DNA of 64,000 nucleotides from Candidatus Hodarchaeota archaeon (lineage in GTDB: Archaea; Asgardarchaeota; Lokiarchaeia; Sigyniarchaeales; SOKP01), in the NCBI GenBank assembly GCA_048886685.1, contig JBHLKM010000007.1:1-64000 (forward strand). Direction: 5' to 3'. Of the stretch, positions 61,969-64,000 are shown one piece after another (positions within the stretch are counted from its first letter, which is position 1; every line of letters begins with the position of its first letter). The notes below the pieces were generated by a model. That model did not search any database. It had not been told where the DNA came from and was given only the letters and a program-made list of their open reading frames with translations. The position numbers were made by a program, and so were the translations under genes.

Positions 61969-62880
61969 TTAAAATGAGGAGGCTATCTCTTCCATAAAGG
62001 TCTCCTTTTCATCTTTGAATCCAGTTATGACAAAAATGAATTGTTTACAGCCCAAGTCAACATACTCTTGTAATACATTGATACAGTTGTCATACGTACA
62101 ATAAATGCCCTTTTCCACCCCCAAAGCACTAATTTTCTTATTTAAATCTATTTTATTCTTTCCAATCAAAAAGTTCCCACTCCAGGATAATTCAATATCT
62201 TCTATTTTCCGTTCGAGTATATCACAGTATTCTTGTAGAATGTGTACCTTTCTTTTGTATTCTTCGATTGAAGCACCCCATCTGTCCCAGATATTTCCTA
62301 TTTCAGCTGCGACCTTTAGCGTATATTTTTCTCCACCCCCTCCAATCATGATCGGAGGATGCGGTTTTTGTAAGGGCTTTGGTTTACAGATTGCTTCCTT
62401 TGCTTCATAGAATTCTCCTTGAAAACTCGTACTTTCTTCAGTCCAGAGCTTTTTTATGAGAGTTATCCCTTCTCTCATTTGATTCACTCTAGTAACTGGG
62501 TCTCTGAACGAAAATCCATAAGCCTTGTATTCCTCCTCCTTCCAACCAGCGCCATAGCCAAATATTAACCTTCCTTTGGAGATAACATCAATTGTGGCTG
62601 CAATTTTAGCAGTTAGTGTAGGACTTCTAAAAGAATTACACGCTACCAAAGGTCCAAGTTTGATTGATTTTGTTTCCACTGCTAACGCAGATAGCAGTGT
62701 CCATGCCTCGAAAACACTTCCCTCATTAAAAGGGCCCCACATAAAGTGATCCATAGCCCAAAGAGAATCATAACCCAATCTTTCACATTCCTGTGCCATT
62801 TTTCTAACGGAATTGTAATCAGACCTATACAACATATCCGGTGTGGCATTTATAGTCACTCCAAACTTGATTTTACTCAT
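61969..62880 (-). CDS. LLM-class (probably F420-dependent) oxidoreductase
   Basis: GYDSLWAMDH, EAWTLLSALA, GRLIFGYGAGW, PKPLQKPHPPIMIGGGGEK. Confidence 0.9.
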   Translation of the reverse strand: MSKIKFGVTINATPDMLYRSDYNSVRKMAQECERLGYDSLWAMDHFMWGPFNEGSVFEAWTLLSALAVETKSIKLGPLVACNSFRSPTLTAKIAATIDVISKGRLIFGYGAGWKEEEYKAYGFSFRDPVTRVNQMREGITLIKKLWTEESTSFQGEFYEAKEAICKPKPLQKPHPPIMIGGGGEKYTLKVAAEIGNIWDRWGASIEEYKRKVHILQEYCDILERKIEDIELSWSGNFLIGKNKIDLNKKISALGVEKGIYCTYDNCINVLQEYVDLGCKQFIFVITGFKDEKETFMEEIASSF

Positions 62881-63021
62881 AATAAACCATCCTCGAATAA
62901 ATATGATAATTTATATTATTATAAACAATTTAATCAATTTATAATACAAAAAAAACTATTTTTTTTAGAGTTTAAAGAAGTAAATTATCAGCTTTACAGT
63001 AGCAATAATATTGTTTTATTT

Positions 63022-63999
63022 TTATTTATAATTTTTATAACGATATAAATTCGAAAAAGCTTTAGCTGCCCTTGAAAAGCTGCGGAATCCAGGTATTTCC
63101 AATTCAATTAACTTTTTTTTAAAATCTTTACCGATTGAATTAGGAATATTTAACATGAAGGGTTTTCTCAATTTATCGCATATTTCTTTGTATCTAATTA
63201 ATTCTGCATAAAACTTTTTTAATCTTTCTTCATCTTGATCTATTCCTCTCCATCTAGGTCCTGGATTAAGTTGAATAACACCTGATATATACTCTTCACT
63301 AATAGCTAGTTTGAACAATTCATATCGGATTTCTTCATCTCTAAGATCCGGAAGATCTAAAGGATTTGTTATAGAACCTACTCTGATTAATTTTTTCATT
63401 TTGGAACGAGTGGGTTCTCGAATTTCAGGAACATCTATTCCAACATTCAAACGAGCAATTGAATCTACGCCTAACACTGAAGATCCTCCACTATAAGTTA
63501 TCATAAGTATACTATTATGTTTTGGTTCACAATTGGGACAAAATCTAAACAATACCGCAGTGTCTATTAATTCATCGTATGATATTATTTGGATCGCATT
63601 TGTTTGTTTGAATATGGAATTCCATATTTTATTTTGTGATGCTAAGGATCCTGTATGACTACTCGCTGCTCTTTTTCCTAACTCTGAAATTCCACCTTTC
63701 AATAGAAGTAATGGTTTCTTATTCTTCTTCAATGAATCGAAAAAAATTCTGCCCTCAAATTCAGGTGTTCGAAATTGAGAAAAACCTTCCATATAAGATA
63801 AAATAACTTCTGTATGTTCGTCTTTATTATAGTAATCGATTAAATCTGAAGATCTAAGAGAAATAGAGTTGCCTATACTCGCCGCATAAGAAAAATAAAC
63901 GCCTCTGTTATTTAGACTAGAAACAATCCGATTAGTAAGATCCCCACTCTGTGAAACTAAGGCAAAATTACCTGCTTTTTCACTAAAACGTTCGCTATA
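63022..63999 (-). CDS. Acyl-CoA synthetase (NDP-forming) family, partial (starts beyond the window)
   Basis: Frame open to the window edge: GNFALVSQSG...SIGNS...AASSHTGSLA, NPLD. Confidence 0.85.
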   Translation of the reverse strand, partial: YSERFSEKAGNFALVSQSGDLTNRIVSSLNNRGVYFSYAASIGNSISLRSSDLIDYYNKDEHTEVILSYMEGFSQFRTPEFEGRIFFDSLKKNKKPLLLLKGGISELGKRAASSHTGSLASQNKIWNSIFKQTNAIQIISYDELIDTAVLFRFCPNCEPKHNSILMITYSGGSSVLGVDSIARLNVGIDVPEIREPTRSKMKKLIRVGSITNPLDLPDLRDEEIRYELFKLAISEEYISGVIQLNPGPRWRGIDQDEERLKKFYAELIRYKEICDKLRKPFMLNIPNSIGKDFKKKLIELEIPGFRSFSRAAKAFSNLYRYKNYK

Positions 64000-64000
64000 T

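Noticed and set aside
2454-63496. Many short ORFs antisense to or nested in long genes (e.g. 2454-2687, 10692-11096, 13816-14292, 22338-22646, 47061-47363, 62105-62410)
   Set aside because: Shadow frames of well-supported genes.

Overview
AT-rich archaeal chromosome segment, most likely from a Lokiarchaeia/Promethearchaeia-type Asgard archaeon. This is inferred from a BHB-intron tRNA, BRE/TATA promoters, HEAT-LRR and TPR proteins, and AHDINNILQ-type PAS kinases. The left ~46 kb is mostly housekeeping and metabolic: DAP-lysine genes (dapF, lysA, dapB, dapA), two ABC exporters, an Hsp20-Cdc48-ArsR-zincin operon, an orphan N6-adenine methyltransferase, PAS histidine kinases, two dihydrolipoamide dehydrogenase-family genes, radical SAM enzymes, MetV/MetF and esterases. 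The right ~18 kb is a plastic accessory region. Features missing from the ORF track: (1) a ~100-nt box C/D sRNA between lysA and dapB whose D guide matches the SSU rRNA site that SNORD25/snR56 methylate in eukaryotes, with extra candidate antisense elements; (2) tRNA-Pro(UGG) with a 27-nt BHB intron at the non-canonical 25/26 position; (3) three cases of 'intact gene - cargo genes - displaced diverged copy of that gene's 3' end', i.e. repeated gene capture at gene 3' ends with no integrase in the window; (4) genes that apparently start at ATA/ATT behind Shine-Dalgarno motifs; (5) GATC-dense control regions with a shared strong promoter, one followed by a structured 5' leader; (6) an RHH regulator / Cys-rich peptide / PLP-enzyme module; (7) several single-lesion pseudogenes. 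All functional calls come from motif recognition only; no database searches were run.
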